From positions 8,480 to 72,479 of the forward strand of contig DATGJB010000057.1 of the NCBI GenBank assembly GCA_035295425.1: DNA of 64,000 nt, read 5' to 3'. The stretch is from Chloroflexota bacterium. Its GTDB lineage: Bacteria > Chloroflexota > UBA5177. The notes beneath the pieces were generated by a model that made no database searches, was not told where the DNA came from, and worked only from the letters and a program-made list of their open reading frames with translations. How positions within the stretch are numbered: position 1 is the stretch's first letter; every line of letters starts with the position of its first letter. Shown here piece after piece: positions 17,784 through 26,393 of the stretch. Position numbers and translations under genes: made by a program.

Positions 17784-19259
17784 ATGGCCGCACGCATGGT
17801 CAATCGGATTTCGCGCCGCCAATTCCTTCAGAAGATTGGTGCGGCGGTTCCCGCCGCGGCACTCGGTCTGCCCCCATCGCTGCGGGAAGTGCTGGCGCGG
17901 CCGGCGCGCGGGCGGGGCTCGCTGCACGCCATCCAGCACGTCGTCATTCTGATGCAGGAGAACCGCTCGTTCGATCACTACTTCGGAACCCTGTCGGGAG
18001 TTCGTGGGTTCGACGATCTGGCGTCCCCTCGCCTTCCCAACGGACACCCCACCATCTTCCAGCCCGACCCGGCGAACGGCGACGGGTATACACTGCCCTT
18101 CCATCTGGCCGGCACCACCCTCGGACTCGACTGTCTCCCTGACCCGGGCCACTCGTGGGCTACCCAGCACGAGTCCTGGAACCGTGGCCGCGTCGATGGC
18201 TGGATGCGGGCGCACCGCGACGCGGACGGCCCCGGCGCGCCGGCCGTGATGGGCTATTACAGACGCGCCGACCTGCCGTTCCACTACGCGCTCGCCGATG
18301 CCTTCACCATCTGCGATCGCTACTTCAGCTCGGCGCTGGGAGAGACCGCGCCTAACCGGCTGCTCGCCATGACCGGGACCATCGACCCGGACGGCAGGAA
18401 CGGCGGACCGATCATTGGGAACGGGGACCTGGCTCACGGCGCTCCTCTAACCTGGACAACCTATCCCGAGCGTCTGGAGCGGGCCGGTATCAGCTGGCAG
18501 GTGTACGTTCCCGAGCGCTGGGTTGCCGACGACCTGAACGTCCTGGCTGCCTTCGCGCCATTCACGGTACGCGGCTCGTCGCTGCGAGCGCGGGGCGCGG
18601 CCGGAATCAAGAACATCGGAGACTTCGTGGCCGACGTTCGCCACAACCGGCTGCCACGGGTCTGCTGGCTGGATGCGGGGACGAGCGCGACCGAGCACCC
18701 GCCGTTCACCCCGGCAGCGGGCGCCCGCTATCTCTACCGCGTGCTCGAGGCGCTGGCCTCGAACCCGCGCGTCTGGACGAAGACAGTCATCTTCTGCACC
18801 TACGACGAGAACGGCGGGTTCTTCGACCATGTGGCGCCTCCCACGCCGCCGGCAGGCACTCCCGGTGAGTACATCACCGCATCACTCCCAGCATCGGCGA
18901 ACGGCATCGCCGGCCCGATCGGTCTGGGATTCCGGGTTCCGATGCTCGTGATCTCACCCTGGAGTCGAGGCGGCTGGGTGTGCGGCGATCTGTTCGACCA
19001 CACCTCGATCCTGCGCTTTCTGGAGGCCCGTTTCGGCGTCGAGGAACCGAATATCAGCTCCTGGCGCCGTGTAACGTGTGGCGACCTGACGTCGACCCTG
19101 CAGCTCTCACACCCCCGCCTGTCGTTTCCGCAGCTGCCCGCGCCGCCGCTGCCGGCAGCCGCGGCCTGTGCTTCGACGCCTCTCCCGATTCCGCCCACGC
19201 CCCAGCAGGTGCCACATCAGGAAGCCGGCCGCCGGCCCCGGCGAGGAACGCGCCGGTAG
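17784..19259 (+). CDS. Phospholipase C / phosphoesterase-family protein (non-haemolytic PLC/AcpA family) with a Tat signal peptide
   Basis: Twin-arginine motif SRRQFLQKIGAAVPAAALG; phosphoesterase-family blocks ENRSFDHYFGT, TYDENGGFFDHV and DHTSILRF. Confidence 0.8.
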   Translation: MAARMVNRISRRQFLQKIGAAVPAAALGLPPSLREVLARPARGRGSLHAIQHVVILMQENRSFDHYFGTLSGVRGFDDLASPRLPNGHPTIFQPDPANGDGYTLPFHLAGTTLGLDCLPDPGHSWATQHESWNRGRVDGWMRAHRDADGPGAPAVMGYYRRADLPFHYALADAFTICDRYFSSALGETAPNRLLAMTGTIDPDGRNGGPIIGNGDLAHGAPLTWTTYPERLERAGISWQVYVPERWVADDLNVLAAFAPFTVRGSSLRARGAAGIKNIGDFVADVRHNRLPRVCWLDAGTSATEHPPFTPAAGARYLYRVLEALASNPRVWTKTVIFCTYDENGGFFDHVAPPTPPAGTPGEYITASLPASANGIAGPIGLGFRVPMLVISPWSRGGWVCGDLFDHTSILRFLEARFGVEEPNISSWRRVTCGDLTSTLQLSHPRLSFPQLPAPPLPAAAACASTPLPIPPTPQQVPHQEAGRRPRRGTRR

Positions 19260-19328
19260 AATCCGGGCCACCGCGCCCGTGCCGCCGGCAATCGTGGATA
19301 ATGGTGCGTTCACTCACTGGAGACCACC

Positions 19329-19988
19329 ATGCCAGAGGCTCAGCCTTCTTCTCATCTCGTTCCGACAGTCATCGAGAACACGAACCGCGGCGAGCGCGGC
19401 TTCGACATCTACTCCCGGCTGCTGCGCGAGCGCATCATCTTCATCAACAGTCCAATCGACGACGACCTGGCCACATTGGTGGTCGCCCAGCTCCTCTTCC
19501 TGCAATCCGAGGATGGCGAGCGGGACATCCAGATGTACATCAATAGCGGTGGCGGATCGATCACCGCGGGCTTCGCCATTCACGACACGATGCGCCACAT
19601 CACTGCCCCGGTCGCGACGATCGCCATGGGAATGACCGGCAGTATGGCAACCTTCCTGCTCGCCTCAGGTGCGCGGAGCAAGCGTTTCGCCCTTCCCAAT
19701 GCGACGGTCCACTTTCATCCCGCCGGCGGTTACGGATTCGGCGGCTCCGCCCCGGATATCGAGATCCACGTGCGCCACCTGCTCGACATGCAGGAACGCG
19801 GCAACCGGCTGATGGCGGAGTACACCGGCCAGACCCTCGAGCAGATCCAGCGTGACTTCCAGCGCGATCGCTTCTTCACCGCGCCCGAGGCACGCGACTA
19901 CGGTCTCGTCGACGAAGTCCTCGAGCACGACGTTCCGGCGAAGGACGGGAAGACCGCGAGCAGCCTGGAAAACCTCGCCGGTACCTAG
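19329..19988 (+). CDS. clpP: ATP-dependent Clp protease proteolytic subunit
   Basis: Conserved along its whole length ([30 protein letters not shown], the Ser in [14 protein letters not shown], the His in FHPAGG, the Asp in RDFQRD). SD GGAGACCACC before the ATG. No clpX, tig or second clpP adjacent. Confidence 0.85.
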   Translation: MPEAQPSSHLVPTVIENTNRGERGFDIYSRLLRERIIFINSPIDDDLATLVVAQLLFLQSEDGERDIQMYINSGGGSITAGFAIHDTMRHITAPVATIAMGMTGSMATFLLASGARSKRFALPNATVHFHPAGGYGFGGSAPDIEIHVRHLLDMQERGNRLMAEYTGQTLEQIQRDFQRDRFFTAPEARDYGLVDEVLEHDVPAKDGKTASSLENLAGT

Positions 19989-20156
19989 GAAACTATTCCT
20001 CGCACGGCGCCGTACATCACGGGTGAGGCCGCTCAGCCCGGTGCGCCGTCGCTCCTGAAGGAAGCGACTGCCCCCGGCCGGCGACGTGGTCTGTCACAAT
20101 TTCCGGCGCCGCGGTGCTGAGAGAGTAGAGGCAGCGATCAAGGAGGCATTTCCTCG

Positions 20157-20708
20157 ATGGTTTCCGCGGCGAGCGTGTGGGTGAAATCGCACCGGCACGA
20201 GCTTTCATTCGACGAGCTTTTCACTCGTCACTACGCGTCGGTGGTGACGATCGCCTACCGGGTGCTGGGCGATGCTCACGAAGCCGAGGACGTGGCGCAG
20301 GACGTCTTCTGCGCGTTCTACCGCCGGCACTCGCCGGACGCTGAGTACGCGGCTCCCTGGCTCCATCGCGCCGCCGCGCACACCGCACTCAATGTCGTGC
20401 GTGGCCGCAGGCGGCGACAGCAGCGTGAGCGCCTCGAAGCCGCCGCCACCGAGCGTCTGGACTCTTCTTCCGGCGCCTCGCTCGATCCCGCCCTTCAGGC
20501 GGAAACCGCGGAGAGCCGGAAGGAGGTGCGAGCGATCCTCCGTCGCTTGCCCCGAAAGAGCGCCTCGGTCCTGGCACTCCGCTATAGCGGCCTCTCGTAC
20601 GCCGAGGTAGCTGCGGCGCTCGAAGTCAGTATCGGACAGGTGGGCACGCTCCTTCGCCGTGCCGAGGAAGCGTTTCGAAAGGAGATAATCCGTGAGACAT
20701 CTGCATGA
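20157..20708 (+). CDS. ECF (sigma-70 family group IV) RNA polymerase sigma factor
   Basis: Region 2 (FDELFTRHYASVVTIAYRVLGDAHEAEDVAQDVF) and region 4 (LPRKSASVLALRYSGLSYAEVAAALEVSIGQVGTLLRRA). AAGGAGG SD. Confidence 0.8.
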   Translation: MVSAASVWVKSHRHELSFDELFTRHYASVVTIAYRVLGDAHEAEDVAQDVFCAFYRRHSPDAEYAAPWLHRAAAHTALNVVRGRRRRQQRERLEAAATERLDSSSGASLDPALQAETAESRKEVRAILRRLPRKSASVLALRYSGLSYAEVAAALEVSIGQVGTLLRRAEEAFRKEIIRETSA

Positions 20709-21783
20709 CGGCGTCCTGCGACGGATGCTGGACGAGCCGCTGGCGATCAGCGACTCGGAGCGCGAGCACTACCGAACGTGCGCGCATTGCCGCGAGCGCT
20801 TCGGGACGGTATCGGCGGCAGCGCGCCAGGCACGAGGAGCCCTCGAAACCCCGCTGCCCTCGCTGAACGAGGCGGGTGCGCTAGCCCTCACCAAGCAGCG
20901 CCTGGCATCGGGCGGGATCACGCCCCGGCGCCGGTTTATTCCGTACTCGTGGCGGCGATTGCGCAATCCGCTGGCAGGAGGAGCAGCCGCGCTTGCCCTG
21001 CTGGGAGCGATGGCCCTCACCCCCGCCGGGTCGCTGGCGCAACAGGTGATTACCGTATTCCAGCCGAGCCGGGTGGTCGCCGTGCAGGTCACCGCTACCG
21101 ACATCCACGCTCTGCTCGGTCTCCAGAAGTACGGGACGTTTCATCTCCCCAGAACGACGCCGAGCGGCGAGGCATCGAGCGCGGCGGCTGCCTCGCGGCT
21201 TGCTGGAATGCATGTGCTCACGCCCAGCTCGCTTCCGGCCGGCGTGCCGGCTGAGGTTAAGTACGGAGTGACCTTCCCGACGAACGGCTCGTTTACCTTT
21301 TCCGCTGCCCGAGCGAAGGCGGCGGCCGCCGCCGAGGGCAAGCAGATTCCTCCCATGCCAGCGCACATCGACGGGAGCACGCTGCAAATCAACGTCCCCT
21401 CCGGGGTCCTGACCCTGTACGGTGCGAGCCAGGGCGATATCCCGGCGCTCGTGATCGGCCAGGTCGGCGCGCCAACCGTCAGATCGAGCGGCGTCACGGC
21501 GCAGCAGCTGGAAAGCTATCTGCTCAGCATGCCGAACATCTCGCCGGCGCTCGCCGCCCAGATCCGCGCCATTGGCGATCCGACCAAGGTTCTGCCGATT
21601 CCCGTACCGATGAGCCTCGTCAACGCCCAGAAAGTTCGGGTCCAGGGCGTGGAGGGACTGGCGATCGGCGACCAGACCGGCGTCGGCAGCGGTGTGCTCT
21701 GGGAGAAGCAGGGGGTTATCTACGCCGTCGGCGGATCGCTCCCGGAGAGCGAGATTCTTGCCATCGCAAACTCGCTGCGATGA
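20692..21783 (+). CDS. Anti-sigma factor: zinc-finger (HxxxCxxC) N-terminal domain, one TM helix, extracytoplasmic C-terminal domain
   Basis: HYRTCAHCRERF ZAS-like motif, TM segment AAALALLGAMALTPAGSLA. It overlaps the sigma gene by 17 nt and is ATGA-coupled to the downstream ABC ATPase. Confidence 0.7.
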   Translation: MRHLHDGVLRRMLDEPLAISDSEREHYRTCAHCRERFGTVSAAARQARGALETPLPSLNEAGALALTKQRLASGGITPRRRFIPYSWRRLRNPLAGGAAALALLGAMALTPAGSLAQQVITVFQPSRVVAVQVTATDIHALLGLQKYGTFHLPRTTPSGEASSAAAASRLAGMHVLTPSSLPAGVPAEVKYGVTFPTNGSFTFSAARAKAAAAAEGKQIPPMPAHIDGSTLQINVPSGVLTLYGASQGDIPALVIGQVGAPTVRSSGVTAQQLESYLLSMPNISPALAAQIRAIGDPTKVLPIPVPMSLVNAQKVRVQGVEGLAIGDQTGVGSGVLWEKQGVIYAVGGSLPESEILAIANSLR

Positions 21784-22796
21784 CACCCGACGCTGTCGCG
21801 CGGAATGGGAACGACCCCGATCCGGCCGGTGGACTCGATCTCGTCTCTCCCGCCCTTCATACGATTGAGCTGGCCAAGCGCTACCGCCATGTCACCGCCC
21901 TCGCCGGGCTCACCATGTCGGTGCCGCGCGGCGAGGTCTTCGGCTTCCTGGGTCCGAACGGCGCCGGTAAGACCACGGCCGTCAAGCTGCTGGTCGGCCT
22001 GACCCGCCCCACCGCCGGCGAGGGCTGGGTCCTGGGAGAGCCGATCGGCGACCGAGCCACGCGACGTCGCATCGGCTACCTGCCGGAGCTCTTTCGCTAC
22101 CAGGACTGGATGTCCGCCCGAGAGGTGCTCCGCCTGCACTGCCGGCTGGCGGGTATCGATCGCCAGCAGTGGGAGGCGGAGGTGGCCCATGCCCTCGACA
22201 CGGTCGGTCTTGCCGAGCGGGCAGCTGACCGGGTCGGCACGTTCTCGAAGGGTATGCAACAACGCCTGGGTCTGGCGGTTGCCCTGCTGGGCCGGCCGGA
22301 GCTCGTGTTCCTGGATGAGCCCACCTCGGCCCTCGATCCGGTCGGGCGCCACGATGTGCGCATCATCGTTCGCGAGCTCAAGCTGCGAGGCACCACCGTC
22401 TTCCTCAACTCGCACCTGCTGAGCGAGGTCGAGCAAGTGTGCGACCGCGTCGCCGTGATCGATCGGGGCCGGGTCATCGCCCTGGGCACGCTGGACGAGC
22501 TGCGTGGCGGCGTGAAGATCGTGCGGCTACGAGTAGCCGGCGCAGCAGGGATGGTCGAGCCGGTCCTGGCACGCTTCGGCCAGATCGAACCGGATGGAGA
22601 CTGGTACGTGGTTCGCGGCACGAGCGGTGAGGCGGTGCCCGAGATGGTCGATGCCCTGGTGGGGGCCGGCGTCCGTATCTACGCGATAGAGCCGTCATCG
22701 CAGACGCTCGAAGATCGTTTTCTGCAGCTGCTGGGAGGCCAGTCGGAGGGGACCGCCATTGATCGTGCTCGCGATCGCGCGCTTGACCCTGCGTGA
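21780..22796 (+). CDS. ABC transporter ATP-binding protein (ABC-2 exporter type)
   Basis: Walker A GPNGAGKTT, signature FSKGMQQRLGLA, Walker B LVFLDEPTSALD. Confidence 0.85.
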   Translation: MTPDAVARNGNDPDPAGGLDLVSPALHTIELAKRYRHVTALAGLTMSVPRGEVFGFLGPNGAGKTTAVKLLVGLTRPTAGEGWVLGEPIGDRATRRRIGYLPELFRYQDWMSAREVLRLHCRLAGIDRQQWEAEVAHALDTVGLAERAADRVGTFSKGMQQRLGLAVALLGRPELVFLDEPTSALDPVGRHDVRIIVRELKLRGTTVFLNSHLLSEVEQVCDRVAVIDRGRVIALGTLDELRGGVKIVRLRVAGAAGMVEPVLARFGQIEPDGDWYVVRGTSGEAVPEMVDALVGAGVRIYAIEPSSQTLEDRFLQLLGGQSEGTAIDRARDRALDPA

Positions 22797-23628
22797 GACA
22801 TCACGCCGCAAACTGCTGCTGGCGGTGGCTATCCTCACCGTCGTCGTCGCCATCCTGAGCGGCTGGGCGTTTCACAAGCTCTTGTCGCTGCCCTGCGGCC
22901 CTGACTACAACCCACAACCCTGCTCGGTGGCGACCGACAAAGTAATCGCGGCCACGCTCCTGATTCTGCTGATGTTCATGTTCAGCTTCGTGCTGGCGCT
23001 CGGAGCTGCCTTCATCGCCGCTCCCTCGATCATCAATGAGGTCGAGTCGGGCGTCATGCTGGCGATGCTGCCCCGGCCGCTCCGGCGGAGTGAGGTGGTT
23101 CTCGGCAAGTGGCTAGGGCTGGCCGCGCTGCTCGCCGCATTCGCCGGTCTCTCCTGCGGGCTCGAGTTCGTCATCATGAAGATCGCCGTCGACTACGTGC
23201 CGCCTCACCCCCTCCTGGCTATCGTCTTCGTGGTCGTCGAGGCGCTCGTGGTGCTGACGCTCGCACTCGCCGCCAGTACCCGCATCCCGGCGATGACCGG
23301 CGGCATCGTGGTCGTAGTGCTCTTCGGTATGGCCTGGATGGCCGGGATCGCCGGAGCGGTAGGCGCGGCCTTCCACAGTCCGGCGATCCAGAACATCGGC
23401 ACCGTGGCCAGCCTGATTTTCCCGACCGACGGACTCTGGCGTGCGGCAATCTACGCGCTGGAACCGGCCGCCACCATCATCGCTCAGGCACAGGGCGGGC
23501 GGGCCGCATCCGGCAATCCGTTCTTCGTCACCAGCGGACCGGCCGGGGCCTACATTGGCTGGACTATCGCCTGGATCATGGCGGTCCTCGGCGTGGCTAT
23601 CTGGAGCTTCAACCGCCGCGAGCTGTAG
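22759..23628 (+). CDS. ABC-2 family transporter permease
   Basis: 6-TM hydrophobic protein, TTG/GTG start 6-12 nt after GGAGGGG. It overlaps the ATPase gene end. Confidence 0.7.
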   Translation: MIVLAIARLTLRETSRRKLLLAVAILTVVVAILSGWAFHKLLSLPCGPDYNPQPCSVATDKVIAATLLILLMFMFSFVLALGAAFIAAPSIINEVESGVMLAMLPRPLRRSEVVLGKWLGLAALLAAFAGLSCGLEFVIMKIAVDYVPPHPLLAIVFVVVEALVVLTLALAASTRIPAMTGGIVVVVLFGMAWMAGIAGAVGAAFHSPAIQNIGTVASLIFPTDGLWRAAIYALEPAATIIAQAQGGRAASGNPFFVTSGPAGAYIGWTIAWIMAVLGVAIWSFNRREL

Positions 23629-23669
23629 ACGTCGCCGGACACTCGGTGTGGATTCCGCTACGACCGGGA

Positions 23670-23933
23670 CTACCAATGCCGCGGGATCCTGACAAAGCGG
23701 ATCCCGTCAAACCGGTACACGCCGAGCGGTTGCGGTGGCTCGTCGAGCGAGAACTGCACCGCCATGATCTCGAAGCCTGCCGCGTAGAGCAGGCGGGCTC
23801 GCCGGTAGGCACTCCCCTGACGGCGAAAGCGCTCCTCGAGGGGAGCGTCGTCTCCGCGCCGGGCCTGCACAGCGACCACATCGGACAAAAGGTCGCGGAG
23901 GGCGAGCCGTGCGGCCCGCCCTCCGGCCGGCAT
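23670..23933 (-). CDS. Possible small protein (87 aa) translationally coupled to the DHA2 MFS gene
   Basis: Its ATG overlaps the MFS stop as TAATG. G/C-biased third positions. The sequence reads like a protein (…LYAAGFEIMAVQFSLDEPPQPLGVYRFDGIRFVRIPRHW). It is the tail of a longer spurious 800-aa frame, and it has no recognisable family. Confidence 0.3.
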   Translation of the reverse strand: MPAGGRAARLALRDLLSDVVAVQARRGDDAPLEERFRRQGSAYRRARLLYAAGFEIMAVQFSLDEPPQPLGVYRFDGIRFVRIPRHW

Positions 23934-25630
23934 TACTCGCTCGCCACCGCCATGCGCGGCCGCTCGTAGGCGGGTACCGCCCGCTCGTCGTGCTGCGCAT
24001 CGCGCATCAGGAGGGTCGTGGCGGCGCCGATAGCCAGCGCGGCGATCGAGATGGCAAGTGTCGGCTTCATCGCCAGAAGGAAGGCGTGGTGGAAGACCTG
24101 GAGACCCAGCGTCTCGAGCTGGTGCACCAGGCCAACCGGCAGGTTGTGCGGGATCGTCAAGCCGGTCTGGCCGCGGCCGACCTCCAGTCCGCCATGGGCC
24201 GAGAATCCCTGGATGAAGCCGGCGCGGGCCCGGATCGGGAGCTGGGCCGCGTACCGCACTGCCTGGCTGTGAAGGTCGATCGACAGGCGGTACTGAAGCA
24301 CCGCGCCAATGACGGAGCTGCCGACCGCGCCACCGACCTGCCGCATCGTGTTGAGGAAGCCGGAAGCGGCACCCGCCGAGGCCGGCGGTACGTTCTGCAT
24401 GGCAAGAGTGGTGAGCGGCGCGAAGGTACAGCCCATGCCGATTCCCGCCAGGATCAGCGGCAGCGTGAAGGACAACCCTTGCGAGTTGAGCGACGCGAAG
24501 GCGATCACCATGCCGAATCCTATGGCGAAGAGCGTGAGGCCCAGCGTCAGAATCCACTTGCCGCCGACGCGATCCACCATGCGCCCCGCGAAGGGGGCGA
24601 CGAATGTGGAGGTCAGCGCCATGGGGGTGAAGACGAACCCGGCGTGCAACGCGTCGAGTCCCAGGACCGACTGCAGGAAGATCGTCATGGGAAGGAAGAG
24701 ACCGAACATCGCGAAGGTGACGACACCGGAGACGGTGTTGGCCACACTGAAGTTCCGGTCCTTGAAGAGAGACAGCGGCAGCAGCGGCTCCTCGGTGCGC
24801 GCCTCCACGATCACGAAGGCGGCAAGGAGGACGATCGAGGCGGCGAGAATCGTGGGGATACTGATCAAGCTCGCCTGCAATGATCCGATATTGAACGAGC
24901 CGGCATTGACGATGCGGCCCCAGTTGTAGCGCTGGCCCTCGATCAATCCAAAGACCAGTGCAAAGAGGCCGAGACTGGCCAGCAACACGCCCGGAATGTC
25001 CAGCGTGTGCTTGCGGTGGACGGTGAGCTCCGGCACGACCAGGAAGGCAAGGATCAGGACCGCGATGCCGATTGGCACGTTGACATAGAAGATCGCGCGC
25101 CAGCTGAAGTCGGTGGTGAGGAAGCCTCCCAGGATAGGACCGGTAACCGCGGCAACGCCGGCCACCGCGCCCCACACGCCAAACGCCGCGCCCCGCTTCT
25201 CCGGCGGGAAGATCGAGGTAATCATGGTCAGCGTCTGCGGTGTCAGGATGGCGCCGCCCACACCCTGGATGACGCGGAAGAAGATCAGCTGATTCGGGCT
25301 CTGCGCGAACCCACAGGCCATCGACGAAAGGACGAAGAGGATCAACCCGGTCATGAACATGCGGCGAGGACCGATCATGTCGCCCAGCCGTCCGGCGGTG
25401 ATCAGCAGCACCGCGTAGACCAGAATGTACGCATTCAGAACCCAGAGGATCTGATCGAGCGAGGCGTGCAGCGAGTCGATTACGCTCGGAATCGAAACGT
25501 TGACGATCGTGGTGTCGAGCAAGATCATGAAGAATCCACTCGCCATGACGAGCAGGATGAACCATGGGCTTACCGCGACACGCGGAGTACTGAGTGAGGT
25601 CTGAATTCGTGGGGCGGCGGGACTCGACAT
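23933..25630 (-). CDS. MFS transporter, DHA2 (14-TMS drug:H+ antiporter, EmrB/QacA-like)
   Basis: 14 predicted TM helices, motif A-like GRLGDMIGPRRMF, motif C GPILGG. Immediately downstream of PadR (stop/start TAGATG). Confidence 0.85.
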   Translation of the reverse strand: MSSPAAPRIQTSLSTPRVAVSPWFILLVMASGFFMILLDTTIVNVSIPSVIDSLHASLDQILWVLNAYILVYAVLLITAGRLGDMIGPRRMFMTGLILFVLSSMACGFAQSPNQLIFFRVIQGVGGAILTPQTLTMITSIFPPEKRGAAFGVWGAVAGVAAVTGPILGGFLTTDFSWRAIFYVNVPIGIAVLILAFLVVPELTVHRKHTLDIPGVLLASLGLFALVFGLIEGQRYNWGRIVNAGSFNIGSLQASLISIPTILAASIVLLAAFVIVEARTEEPLLPLSLFKDRNFSVANTVSGVVTFAMFGLFLPMTIFLQSVLGLDALHAGFVFTPMALTSTFVAPFAGRMVDRVGGKWILTLGLTLFAIGFGMVIAFASLNSQGLSFTLPLILAGIGMGCTFAPLTTLAMQNVPPASAGAASGFLNTMRQVGGAVGSSVIGAVLQYRLSIDLHSQAVRYAAQLPIRARAGFIQGFSAHGGLEVGRGQTGLTIPHNLPVGLVHQLETLGLQVFHHAFLLAMKPTLAISIAALAIGAATTLLMRDAQHDERAVPAYERPRMAVASE

Positions 25631-26176
25631 CTATGAAACCTCCTGTAGCCGCTGATCTTTGATGAGCTCCTCGGCCCAGGCCCGCTCCTGCTCCCAGTAG
25701 CGACGGCGATGCCTCATCACTGCCAGGATGCCGGGCTTCTGCTCGGGCGGGACGGGAAATGCCTCGAGCTCCTGGCATTTGCGCTCCAGATGCGCGATGT
25801 GCTGCTGCGCGTACACCACGTAGTGGCGGACCAGATAGAGACGCTCTTCCCGGGACAGCAGGTGGAAGAAGACCACTTTCTGCGCGAACACCGTATCGTA
25901 CTCGCCGAGATGATGCTCGGTGTCGAGCAGGTGCTCGTGGAGGCGGGCCATGCCGGTATCGGTGATCGCATAGACCTTGCGCGATCTGCCGTCCTCGCAG
26001 ACTTCGTCTTCCTCGGCCCGGATCAGGCCCTCCTGCATCAGCCGGTTCAGCACCGGGTAGAGCGCTCCCCACTGCGCCTGCCGGAACGGCCCCATGATGT
26101 TGCCGATGATCTTCGCGATCATGTAGCCGTGCATGGGGCGCCGGGAGAGCTGGGCGAGGATCAGGAACTCATACAT
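25631..26176 (-). CDS. PadR-family transcriptional regulator
   Basis: ILAQLSRRPMHGYMIAKII...YPVLNRLMQEGLIRAEE winged-helix PadR signature; 181 aa. Confidence 0.85.
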   Translation of the reverse strand: MYEFLILAQLSRRPMHGYMIAKIIGNIMGPFRQAQWGALYPVLNRLMQEGLIRAEEDEVCEDGRSRKVYAITDTGMARLHEHLLDTEHHLGEYDTVFAQKVVFFHLLSREERLYLVRHYVVYAQQHIAHLERKCQELEAFPVPPEQKPGILAVMRHRRRYWEQERAWAEELIKDQRLQEVS

Positions 26177-26183
26177 GATTAAC

Positions 26184-26200
26184 TATATCAAATAGATATA
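26184..26200. promoter_or_regulatory. AT-rich inverted repeat TATATC-AAATA-GATATA; candidate PadR operator / divergent promoter region
   Basis: Perfect 6-bp arms with a 5-nt spacer, lying 8 nt upstream of the PadR start inside a conspicuously A+T-rich ~50-bp patch (26177..26230). Confidence 0.4.
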
Positions 26201-26393
26201 TGACTGCGCTATAGAGAAGATACCCAAAGCCGGATGGTCGAAGGTACCAACCTGGGTTCCCTGAATCATGCCGGCGGCGATCCGCTTATCGCTATTGCCA
26301 GCAGGAATGGGGAGTTGCTAGGGTGATGCGGACTGCCGGGCTGGGGTCGGAACGAGTCCCCTGACGCGCCGGCCAGCCGAAAGGGAACGCACG

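Noticed and set aside
23670-26072. 800-aa ORF on the minus strand spanning the MFS and PadR region.
   Set aside because: It is out of frame with the clearly recognisable DHA2 MFS (23933..25630) and PadR (25631..26176) genes and is Arg/Gly/Pro-rich junk over most of its length. Only its last 87 codons (23670..23933), which start at a TAATG overlap with the MFS stop, were kept as a low-confidence small ORF.
26177-26393. Possible riboswitch (for example SAM-type) in the leader of the cystathionine beta-synthase gene.
   Set aside because: The region is A+T-rich and 217 nt long, but I cannot recognise any conserved riboswitch core by eye. The palindrome there fits a PadR operator better. It is left as a divergent promoter region.
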